From: Candidatus Woesearchaeota archaeon | GTDB lineage: Archaea; Nanobdellota; Nanobdellia; Woesearchaeales; J072 | Reading direction: 5' to 3' | Assembly (NCBI GenBank): GCA_003695265.1 | Contig: RFII01000043.1 | Location: 1-52,954, forward strand | Length of the DNA: 52,954 nt | Shown here: one piece after another, positions 45,498 through 52,954 of the stretch | How positions within the stretch are numbered: the stretch's first letter is position 1 | How the letters are laid out: each line of letters opens with the position of its first letter | Made by a program: the position numbers and the translations under genes | Notes under the pieces: model-generated | Databases searched by the model: none | What the model was told of the DNA's origin: nothing | What the model saw: the letters and a program-made list of their open reading frames with translations, nothing else

Positions 45498-46991
45498 TCA
45501 CACCTTTTCTATCTTGCAAAGCACCCTATATATTATAACTCCCTGTGAATAAACTTTCTCAAAACAGTCAGGGTCTAGGTATTTTAGTTCTTCAATTCCA
45601 AACGAGTCTTTTGCCTTGTATGAAAAAAACACGTAAGAAATATTGTACTTGTTCATAAGTGATATTGCTTCTGTCAAAAAAGGAGTGGTGTACATTTTTT
45701 TTATATCCTCAAGACGCTGCCCCGGATTATTAATTAGAAGGAAATTTGTGTCAGCAACGTTTTTCCTCCTCCCAAAATAAGTCAATAAATGGCCTTCCTC
45801 AAGCGTTGTCAGTATTGTTGAGCCTTCAGGAGTGTTTTTCCCAAGCCATTCATAAGCCTTGACCTCGCTTGAAGCCGGGGCTTCTTCTAATTTTTGGGAT
45901 GCCATACTAAAAGATGGGATTAATGATGTTACAACAAAAATAGCAATCAGAAAAAAGAAGAAATAGCTTTGGTATGCTGCGAATTTTGTTTTCATGATGA
46001 ATTGGTTTGTTATCTTAAGGAAAACTGTGAACAAAACAACAAGGGTTATTCCCATATAAACAAGGCCGCTCTTCAGCTCCACAAGCCTAAACCACAAAAA
46101 TATTAATATTGTTATGAAAAAGCTGATTAGAAGGTAAAGCTTCTTGCTTTTCAGATTAAAGAGAAACCTGTAAATAACGTAAACGCCGCAAAAAAAAGGT
46201 ATTAAGCCAATTGCATATATCGCATTAAGTATCTTGAACTGAGAGAAATAATTGCTCAGCAGGCTCAATGGTATGTTGCGCCATATTATCGATGTGCCTT
46301 GCATAAGAAATGCTTTTTTGTAAAACAGGAATTGAGACCAGAATGTCAGCAGAACAAAAAATATTATTATTTCAGCTTCTGACTTCTCAATCTTGATTTT
46401 TTCTAATTTGCACAGCACTACATAAAACACCAGCGCCGCCATTAAAATAAACGATGCTGCGCTCGTGCCTATCAAAAAAAACATAAGGATTATGGTTATG
46501 GCCGCGAATTTGTTGTTTTCAGGCAGCTTCATAACAAGATATAGTGTAAGAAACATTAACGGAAGTACTAATGAGAGCGGCGAAACGCTGTTGAAAGACT
46601 CCCTGAAAAGTATTGGTATGAAGCCAGAAATAAAGGCCGCAAACAAAGACAAGTGGCGGTTGCGCGTCAAGTTATAAGACAGCAAATATATTATAGGGAC
46701 AAGAAGTGAAGCAAGTATGTTCGGAATTATTTTTCCTGCTGTTTTCACAGGCATGAAAAAGGTGAAAAAAGCCAAAAAGTAATAGTAAAAAGGGTTCAGG
46801 TTAATTTCCCTGCCTCCAAAACTTAATCTGTCTTCATACAACAGCTTCCCTTTTTCTCTTATGCTTTCAACCTGCCTGAGCACAAAATAAGAACCATCAT
46901 CACTAAATTCGCTGGTCTGAAACGCCATGAAGAGCCTTGAAGCTAATGTTATCAAAGTTATTATTATAAGTATTGACACGTCTCTCCTCAT
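45498..46991 (-). CDS. STT3/AglB-like GT-C membrane protein, paralog A (WWDxG position reads TLEEG)
   Basis: The first loop FSDDGSYFVLRQVESI resembles the STT3 EL1 DxD...YyhxR pattern. C-terminal block is WLGKNTPEGSTILTTLEEGHLLTYFGRRKNV. It shares KYNISY with paralog B. Confidence 0.55.
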   Translation of the reverse strand: MRRDVSILIIITLITLASRLFMAFQTSEFSDDGSYFVLRQVESIREKGKLLYEDRLSFGGREINLNPFYYYFLAFFTFFMPVKTAGKIIPNILASLLVPIIYLLSYNLTRNRHLSLFAAFISGFIPILFRESFNSVSPLSLVLPLMFLTLYLVMKLPENNKFAAITIILMFFLIGTSAASFILMAALVFYVVLCKLEKIKIEKSEAEIIIFFVLLTFWSQFLFYKKAFLMQGTSIIWRNIPLSLLSNYFSQFKILNAIYAIGLIPFFCGVYVIYRFLFNLKSKKLYLLISFFITILIFLWFRLVELKSGLVYMGITLVVLFTVFLKITNQFIMKTKFAAYQSYFFFFLIAIFVVTSLIPSFSMASQKLEEAPASSEVKAYEWLGKNTPEGSTILTTLEEGHLLTYFGRRKNVADTNFLLINNPGQRLEDIKKMYTTPFLTEAISLMNKYNISYVFFSYKAKDSFGIEELKYLDPDCFEKVYSQGVIIYRVLCKIEKV

Positions 46992-47065
46992 AAAAGTCTT
47001 AATATCTTGTTTTGTTTAAATAATTTTAGCAAAGTATATAAAAAAAGAATCTTTTTTCTTTATGT

Positions 47066-47728
47066 ATGAAAAAAGTTCCTACTGGTTCTGAAGTGCTCGA
47101 CGAGCTGTTGAATGGAGGGTATCCTGCAAACAGAATTACTATGATTTACGGACCTGCTGCGTCTGGCAAGACAACTGCTTGCCTGCAGCTCTGCGTAAAC
47201 AATTCTTTGAAAAGGTCAAAAACTCTTTTTTTGGACACAGAAAAGGGGTTCTCTGTTGAAAGATTACAGCAGATTTCCTCCAGGAGAAAATGTTTGAATG
47301 ATGTTCTTATTGTTAATGTAGGTTCTTTTCAGGAATTAATCAAGAAAGTGAAAAAGTCTTATTCCCTCTTAGAAAATGCAGGTGTTAATATCATGGTTAT
47401 TGATACTATTGGAAAGCATTACAGGGTAAGCCTCAATGAAAATCCGCAAGCCGCGAACAAGAAAATGGTGGAGTTGATGAGGTTATTGCATGACATCACG
47501 ACAAAAAGGGAATTGGCAACTGTTCTCATAACAAACCAGGTTTACACTGATATTGAAAACGACAGAATATCAAACGTTGGTGGAAAAATGATAAGGAATT
47601 TCTCAACATGTGTTATAGAGCTTAAAAAAGACAATAGCAAAAGAATAGCCAAGGTTGTAAAATATGATGAAGCAGAACTTAAAGAATTGGAGTTTCTCAT
47701 AACAAATATAGGCATATCAAAAAAATAA
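47066..47728 (+). CDS. radB: RadB (short RecA-family ATPase)
   Basis: 220 aa. GSEVLDELLNGGY...IYGPAASGKTT Walker A. No N-terminal HhH domain. Confidence 0.85.
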   Translation: MKKVPTGSEVLDELLNGGYPANRITMIYGPAASGKTTACLQLCVNNSLKRSKTLFLDTEKGFSVERLQQISSRRKCLNDVLIVNVGSFQELIKKVKKSYSLLENAGVNIMVIDTIGKHYRVSLNENPQAANKKMVELMRLLHDITTKRELATVLITNQVYTDIENDRISNVGGKMIRNFSTCVIELKKDNSKRIAKVVKYDEAELKELEFLITNIGISKK

Positions 47729-47730
47729 AT

Positions 47731-48318
47731 TTATTCTTCTAAGAATTCATCCATATTGATATTTGTCTTATTGTCTCCCCTGTTTTTCAAGTATTCCCTT
47801 GTAAGTATGTAAAACAAAAGCCCAAGGCTTTTTTTGCCTTTGTTGTTGCACGGCACAACCAAGTCAAGGTTGTTTGCCTGGTTGTTTGTGTCACACAAGC
47901 CTATTACTGGAATCCCTATTTTTATGGCATCATTAATGACATTCCTGTCAGGCCACGAGTCTGTCACCAAAACAACTTTGACTTCCATGAACCCCTTGAG
48001 ATTCGGATTGGTTAAGAGCCCAGGAGGATATCTTCCGGCAAATACGTTTATCCCTGTGTAATTATTAAGGAGTTTTACTGCTTTCCACCCGTTTTCACGC
48101 CTGCTCACGACAAGGATTTCTTCTGGCTTATAATTAGATAGGAATTTTGTCAATATTTTTATTCTTTCATCTATTTTTTGTATGTTCAAGACAGACAGTC
48201 CGTCAGGCCTTGTCTTGTAAATGAACTGCTCCATGTACTTTGTCTTGAATTTTGTGCCTATGTGGATGCCTGCTTTAAGGTATTGATCTGTCGGAACCAA
48301 AAACTGTGATTCTGCCAT
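47731..48318 (-). CDS. rps2: 30S ribosomal protein uS2
   Basis: LVPTDQYLKAGIHIGTKFKT...PDGLSVLNIQKIDERI and archaeal uS2 length. Confidence 0.95.
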   Translation of the reverse strand: MAESQFLVPTDQYLKAGIHIGTKFKTKYMEQFIYKTRPDGLSVLNIQKIDERIKILTKFLSNYKPEEILVVSRRENGWKAVKLLNNYTGINVFAGRYPPGLLTNPNLKGFMEVKVVLVTDSWPDRNVINDAIKIGIPVIGLCDTNNQANNLDLVVPCNNKGKKSLGLLFYILTREYLKNRGDNKTNINMDEFLEE

Positions 48319-48372
48319 TATTCTGCAAGAGAAAAAGGCCTTATTTATAAATGTTATGATAAGAGTGGTCGA

Positions 48373-48849
48373 TTAACTCATAATTTTTGTGCCTATGCCC
48401 TCACCAAGCATTCTTATTTTTATTTTTCCGTTCTCGACAGGTATGCATGTAAAAGCCCTTGGATTGTCAATAGTTATTGGACCTACATCATAGCTGTCAA
48501 ATATTTCTTTTCCGAGTATGAACATGTTTTTTCTGGCTCCGCTCTCAACGCTGTCAATTATTAAAGTGTAACTGTTGTTTATGTCAATATAGTCTGCGTC
48601 TAAGTCAACAAAGCATACTTCCTTAACTCCTGCTGGTGCAATGAACGTTTCCTGCCTCATGTTCCCGTTTTGGGATGCTATGTTGTTTATAGAGCCCTCA
48701 ATCCATGTCTTGAATTCGAGAAGCTGGCCTGTTTTCCCCCTTTCCTTGAAGTCTTGTATTGCTCCGTACCCAAAATAAAGCACCATGACTCCGATTACTG
48801 CAACTAAAACGTAAAGAACAACATATGAATGAATTCCTTTCTTGCTCAT
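48373..48849 (-). CDS. Hypothetical secreted/pilin-like protein with class III-like signal (KKG then hydrophobic helix)
   Basis: MSKKGIHSYVVLYVLVAVIGVMVLYFGYG followed by a beta-rich ~125-aa domain. ATG at 48849; the track start is TTG. Confidence 0.5.
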   Translation of the reverse strand: MSKKGIHSYVVLYVLVAVIGVMVLYFGYGAIQDFKERGKTGQLLEFKTWIEGSINNIASQNGNMRQETFIAPAGVKEVCFVDLDADYIDINNSYTLIIDSVESGARKNMFILGKEIFDSYDVGPITIDNPRAFTCIPVENGKIKIRMLGEGIGTKIMS

Positions 48850-48872
48850 AACATTTTTTCTCAAGGAGAAGT

Positions 48873-49415
48873 TTATAAGCTTTTTGCTTTGAAATTGTTT
48901 ATTGTAGAATAAATCGGCCCTGTTGGCGTTAATTCGCTTTTTATTAGGCTGAAGCCTTGCACTTTGAAAGGCTTCTCTTCCGGCCTGAAATTGCTTATTT
49001 TTTGGACAAACGCTTTTTTGTCTTTTATGTATTTAACCCTTCCTAAAGTCATGTGCGGCACAAAATTCTTGTCTTTCTTAATACCAATATTGAACAATTG
49101 CTCGTCGATCTTGTCATGAAGTTCTTTTGTCTGCTCGCTGCTTTTCAATCCTAGCCAAACAACTTTTATGTAATTTTGGCTTGGAAAAACGCCTAAATCA
49201 GAGGTTTCTGCCTCAAAAGGTTTGAATACCACTTTTTTCAATGCTTTAATAACTTTGTTTTCATCACTGATTTCTCCCAAAAACTTTAAGGTGAGGTGCA
49301 TGTTCTCTTTTTTCACCCATGAAACCCTGTCAGAATTGTTTTTAAGGTGATTCTGTGCTTTTTCTAACAATTTTTTTATTTCTTCTGGTAGTTCTATTGC
49401 TATGAAAAGCCTCAT
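48873..49415 (-). CDS. thpR: RNA 2',3'-cyclic phosphodiesterase (2H family, ThpR/LigT)
   Basis: Two HxT/S motifs: HLTLKF and HMTLGR. 180 aa. Confidence 0.9.
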   Translation of the reverse strand: MRLFIAIELPEEIKKLLEKAQNHLKNNSDRVSWVKKENMHLTLKFLGEISDENKVIKALKKVVFKPFEAETSDLGVFPSQNYIKVVWLGLKSSEQTKELHDKIDEQLFNIGIKKDKNFVPHMTLGRVKYIKDKKAFVQKISNFRPEEKPFKVQGFSLIKSELTPTGPIYSTINNFKAKSL

Positions 49416-49477
49416 TATTATTTAAGAAAAAAATAATGGATATATAAAAATATAGAAAAAAATTAGAAGAAATCCAA

Positions 49478-50044
49478 TTATTTCTTATTTTCTGACTTTT
49501 CTTCTGCCGGCTCCTCAGAGGTTTCTTCTTCAGCTGGGGCTTCGCCTGCAGCAGGCTCTTCTGGTTCAGACTCCTCAGCAGGAGATTCTTCCTCACCGAA
49601 ATCTTCAGTATCTTCAGGAGTTTTATCAGCAGAAGACTCTTCAGACTGATCTTCTTGACTTACAGGATTCTTAGCAGATGATTCCTCAGTAGCCTCTTCT
49701 TTTTTCTCTTCAGCTGAGGCTTCCTCCTCGCCAAAGTCTTCTGTGTCTTCAGGAGCTTCATCAGAGGCTGGCTCATCTGTAGCAGACTCTTCAGAGGCTG
49801 GCTCATTAGGAGTGGTTTCTTTAGGTGATTGTGCTGCACCCAAAACTTCACCAAAGCCAACTCTTCTTAGTGTCTTTGTCACTTTTATTCTTAACTCGTC
49901 TCCCTCATTCACGTTCGGAACAAAAATCACGTAGCCGTTAACTTTAGCTATGCCGTCTCCTTTTGCTCCAACTGCTTCTATTTTCACGTCTAACTCATCC
50001 CCGACTTTAACTGGGGGGAAATTCCTAAAACCTGTATTTTCCAT
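49478..50044 (-). CDS. TRAM-domain RNA-binding protein with ~125-aa acidic tail
   Basis: PVKVGDELDVKIEAVGAKGDGIAKVNGYVIFVPNVNEGDELRIKVTK is a TRAM domain. The tail contains PEDTEDFGEEE twice. Confidence 0.8.
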   Translation of the reverse strand: MENTGFRNFPPVKVGDELDVKIEAVGAKGDGIAKVNGYVIFVPNVNEGDELRIKVTKTLRRVGFGEVLGAAQSPKETTPNEPASEESATDEPASDEAPEDTEDFGEEEASAEEKKEEATEESSAKNPVSQEDQSEESSADKTPEDTEDFGEEESPAEESEPEEPAAGEAPAEEETSEEPAEEKSENKK

Positions 50045-50179
50045 ATTTAATTCACCTATTACCCATCCTCAGAATAAGAGGATTCCCCTCGAGAAATAAA
50101 ACTAATATATAAAGGTTATTAAACTTAGTATCAGAAGTCCGTTAATTTTATAAGCATTGAGTTAAATCACATTTTGAAA

Positions 50180-51325
50180 ATGGTCTTGCCTGATTATAAT
50201 AAGAGCATAGTGAATCTTATGAGTTCTGTAATGTCTGGTTTTGGAAGCAGGTCAATATATAAAAATCTTGAAGAAATTCCTTCAAAAGAGCTTAAAAAAT
50301 CAAAGAATGTTGTGTTATTGGTGATTGACGGGCTTGGCTATAATTACCTGTCTAAAAAGAGCTCCTTTTTAAGAGATAATCTTAAGTGCAGGATAACGTC
50401 GGTTTTCCCCTCAACAACTGCATCGGCAATAACAACTTTTCTGACAGGAACTGCTCCGCAACAGCATGGTATTACTGGGTGGTTCATGCTTCTTAAGGAG
50501 ATTGGTATTGTCTCAAGAATCCTTCCTTTTGGCTCAAGAATTAAGGGATTGTCTTTCAGGAACAAACTAAAAATAGGTGAATTGTTAAATTCTGTCGGGT
50601 TTACTGACAGAATAAAAGAAAGTTCTTACATGATCCAGCATAAGGACATAGTAAATTCTGATTTTTCAAAAGCTATGGCCAAGAAATCAAAAAAATTAGG
50701 GTATTCCACTCTAGACGGGTTTTTCAGGCAGATAAAAAAAGCGATAAAGTCGCATAACAGGAGAAAGTACGTTTACGCTTACTGGCCATTGTTCGACAGT
50801 GTGTGCCATGAGTATGGTGTTAATAGTTGGAAGGCTGAGAAGCACTTTTATGAGATCGACAAGAGAATAAGAAAACTTATTAAAGGCATTGATGGGACTA
50901 ACACAACCTTGATAGTCACAGCAGACCATGGATTGATTGACACTGACAAGAAAAAGGTCATAACTCTCGATGATCATCCTGAGTTAAAGGAATGCTTGAC
51001 GCTTATATTGTGTGGCGAGCCTAGAACTGCTTACTGTTATGTTCACCCTTCCAAAGCGAAGAAATTTGAGAGTTACGTGAAAAAAAACCTGAATGAGTGC
51101 TGCACTTTGTATAAGAGTGAGTATTTGCTAAAAAACAATTATTTTGGCTTGTTTAAGCCAAACCCAAAGCTTGTTGACAGAATTGGTGATTATATACTTG
51201 TAATGAAAAAGAATTATATTATAAAAGACTCTGTTTTAGGCCAGAAAAAAAGTTTTCACATAGGAAACCATGGGGGTATAAGCGCTGATGAAATGTTTGT
51301 TCCGCTAATAGTGTTTAAATTATAA
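50180..51325 (+). CDS. Alkaline-phosphatase-superfamily phosphodiesterase/nucleotide pyrophosphatase-like enzyme
   Basis: LLVIDGLGYN, FPSTTASAITTFLTG (Thr nucleophile region) and TADHGLID metal-ligand motifs. Confidence 0.75.
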   Translation: MVLPDYNKSIVNLMSSVMSGFGSRSIYKNLEEIPSKELKKSKNVVLLVIDGLGYNYLSKKSSFLRDNLKCRITSVFPSTTASAITTFLTGTAPQQHGITGWFMLLKEIGIVSRILPFGSRIKGLSFRNKLKIGELLNSVGFTDRIKESSYMIQHKDIVNSDFSKAMAKKSKKLGYSTLDGFFRQIKKAIKSHNRRKYVYAYWPLFDSVCHEYGVNSWKAEKHFYEIDKRIRKLIKGIDGTNTTLIVTADHGLIDTDKKKVITLDDHPELKECLTLILCGEPRTAYCYVHPSKAKKFESYVKKNLNECCTLYKSEYLLKNNYFGLFKPNPKLVDRIGDYILVMKKNYIIKDSVLGQKKSFHIGNHGGISADEMFVPLIVFKL

Positions 51326-51364
51326 GTTAATAATCACTTAAAAAGCACGGCATTTTGGATAATT

Positions 51365-51375
51365 AAAAAAAAAAA
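51365..51375 (-). terminator. U11 tract immediately after the radA stop
   Basis: Eleven consecutive A residues on the plus strand directly abut the TAA stop (51376-51378). Confidence 0.55.
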
Positions 51376-52353
51376 TTAAACGTCCCGCAATCCACCTTCG
51401 TCAACGAAGAACATTGCTTCTCCATCAGCTAAGTGAGGACTGTCTACGAGTTTTGCAACCCTGCTTCCTTTCTTGCCTTTTCGAAGATAGATTCTTGTCT
51501 GACTGTTATGGGCAACGACATGCCCTCCTATTGCTTCTGTCGGGTCACCGAAAAATACGTCCGGCTTTGCCATAACCTGGTTCGTGACGTAAACGCACAG
51601 GTTGTTGGTATCTGCAAGCCTCATCAATTCGTGCATATGCTTGTTAAGTTTTTGCTGCCTCTCAGCTAAAGTCCCCCTTCCTATGAATTCCGCTCTGAAA
51701 TGAGCTGTCAAGGAGTCAACGATAAGCAGTTTTACATTGAGCTGCTTTTTTTCTATTAAGTCCTGCACTTTTTCTGCCAGCAGTATTTGGTGGTCGCTGT
51801 TATAAGCCCTGGCAACCATTATGTTTTTGAGAGCTTTTTGAGGGTCAAGGCCTCTTGCTTTGGCTATTTGAACTATTCTTTCAGGCCTGAAAGTGTTTTC
51901 AGTGTCGATAAAGACAACAACGCCTCCAGCCCCTCCTTTATCAATTGGGAGCTGCGCCATGACTGCTAATTCGTGGGCTATCTGGCTTTTTCCAACGCCG
52001 TACTGGCCGTAGGCTTCTGTTATTGTTCCTGTCTCAAAGCCACCACCTATTAAAGTGTTGAGGACTTTGCTTCCTGTCTTTATCTTAATGACTGCTTTTC
52101 TTCGCTGAAGAAGGTCTTCTCCGGTTTCAAAGCCCATTTCCATTGAGTCTCTGGCTGTGTTAATTATTTTTCTCGCTGCTGCTTCTCCAATGCCTGTTGC
52201 TTCCACTAATTGGCCGGGGCTTGCTACTGCTATACTCATCATGTTGGTGAAGCCGGCTTCCTTAAGTTTTATTGCCGTTGCTATTCCAACACCGGGCAAG
52301 TCCTGAATATTATTGTTCTCTTTTGATTTTTGAATTTGCTCTTGCTTTTTCAT
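51376..52353 (-). CDS. radA: RadA recombinase
   Basis: N-terminal HhH ([17 protein letters not shown]), Walker [10 protein letters not shown], about 325 aa. GGTGA lies 5 nt upstream of the ATG at 52353. The track start is GTG. Confidence 0.95.
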   Translation of the reverse strand: MKKQEQIQKSKENNNIQDLPGVGIATAIKLKEAGFTNMMSIAVASPGQLVEATGIGEAAARKIINTARDSMEMGFETGEDLLQRRKAVIKIKTGSKVLNTLIGGGFETGTITEAYGQYGVGKSQIAHELAVMAQLPIDKGGAGGVVVFIDTENTFRPERIVQIAKARGLDPQKALKNIMVARAYNSDHQILLAEKVQDLIEKKQLNVKLLIVDSLTAHFRAEFIGRGTLAERQQKLNKHMHELMRLADTNNLCVYVTNQVMAKPDVFFGDPTEAIGGHVVAHNSQTRIYLRKGKKGSRVAKLVDSPHLADGEAMFFVDEGGLRDV

Positions 52354-52432
52354 GCAAATCACCTTTAGGTTTGTTTATTTGTTTTGTTTAAATGTTTTTG
52401 TCTCATAATCCCGTGATAATCACGAGGAAGCG

Positions 52433-52708
52433 TTATGCTTCCTCAGACGCTTGCTCTTTCAGAACAAGGTACTCGTACGCCTTTTGGATGACAAGGCTTG
52501 CTTTTGGCAAGTCATTCACGCGCAGAGAATTAGTGCTTTGCCATTTGTCATCCTTGTTGACGAAGTTTCTTTCTATGCTTATCGTGTAATAAGCGTAGTC
52601 TTCGTTCTTAGCGTTTTTGCCGTTGTTCTTCCACACAGTGGCAGAGATAGCGCCTGCTCTGAATTTCATTTCTGGCAGTTGGCCAGCTACTTTTTGTTCA
52701 GATTTCAT
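52433..52708 (-). CDS. Small conserved-looking protein, possible PC4/Whirly-like ssDNA-binding fold
   Basis: 91 aa. The order of predicted elements ISATVWKN / YYTISIERNF / DDKWQSTNSLRV / helix DLPKASLVIQKAYEYL resembles the PC4 C-terminal domain. The fold assignment is by eye only. Confidence 0.45.
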   Translation of the reverse strand: MKSEQKVAGQLPEMKFRAGAISATVWKNNGKNAKNEDYAYYTISIERNFVNKDDKWQSTNSLRVNDLPKASLVIQKAYEYLVLKEQASEEA

Positions 52709-52954
52709 TTTTTCGACCTCCGTTCCTTTTCGGATTTTATTTCAACTCCCCCTTAATTATGAGCTGCTATGGCTCCAGGGGAGGGGGTCTGAGCCTGAAA
52801 AACAAGCTCAACATCTCATAAGATTAGATTATTTAAATAGGTTTTGCGGGATTGTCCAGTGACCAGTGGATTTTTTATAGAAACTTTTAAATTTAATAAA
52901 AAAATAAACATTCTTAATGGCAATTGAGATTGAAACTGTTGATAAGGAACCAGA

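Noticed and set aside
1-52954. Search by eye for tRNA/rRNA genes, CRISPR repeat arrays, transposases, integrases, toxin-antitoxin pairs and known defence genes.
   Set aside because: There are no T-arm/anticodon-arm-like cloverleaf candidates and no regularly spaced direct repeats. No ORFs carry transposase, integrase or nuclease-ATPase defence hallmarks. The window is essentially housekeeping, metabolism and envelope genes.
52917-52954. ATG GCA ATT GAG ATT GAA... at the window edge as the 5' end of a plus-strand gene.
   Set aside because: Only 12 codons are visible, which is not enough to support a call, although A/T boxes upstream make it plausible.

Overview
This window is a densely coded, visibly AT-rich archaeal segment. 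I found no rRNA, tRNA, CRISPR array or transposase/integrase. Archaeal identity rests on PCNA, RadA and RadB, a beta-CASP RNase J of archaeal size, aMBF1, an ER/archaeal-type signal peptidase I and uS2. It also rests on A/T-rich TATA boxes about 25-30 nt upstream of several start codons (leaderless genes), while GGAGG/AGGTGA Shine-Dalgarno sites sit inside operons. The gene mix (gyrase, a lamin-tail-domain surface protein, many GT-C membrane proteins, small genes with ATGA/TGATG overlaps) suggests a small-genome, DPANN-like lineage. That placement is inference only.

Layout:
- 79-3435: housekeeping genes (aminotransferase, PCNA, RNase J).
- 3517-4893: a decayed histidine-phosphatase remnant, an alpha/beta hydrolase and an unannotated ~280-nt structured RNA.
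- 4931-6383: three tightly coupled paralogous coiled-coil proteins of unknown function.
- 6556-8201: an ArsR-controlled metal-handling operon (cupredoxin lipoprotein, Cys-rich zinc-ribbon protein, MerT/MerF-like CC-motif membrane protein, HMA protein).
- 8221-26281, minus strand: a 13-gene collinear purine/GMP/AMP block in the order purF-purC-purB-purD-purSL-purQ-purN-guaB-purA-purH(N)-purH(C)-purM-guaA.
- 26426-30512, plus strand: pyrB-pyrI-pyrC-pyrE-pyrF, divergently joined to the purine block.
- 30584-39675: a surface/chromosome block (LMW-PTP, LTD surface protein, wHTH protein, ScpB, mini zinc ribbon, GyrA, THUMP methyltransferase, signal peptidase, aMBF1).
- 39659-46991: an envelope-glycan cluster (UbiA/DPPR-synthase-like, GT-C, membrane thioredoxin-like protein, processive GT2 synthase, two STT3/AglB-like paralogs with degenerate WWDxG).
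- 47066-52708: RadB, uS2, a pilin-like protein, ThpR, a TRAM protein with an acidic tail, an alkaline-phosphatase-family enzyme, RadA and a small PC4-like protein.

The most interesting unexplained items are the structured RNA, the coiled-coil triplet, the AglB-like pair inside the glycan cluster, and the unusual domain architectures in the purine block. All functional calls come from reading motifs by eye. No database search was run.
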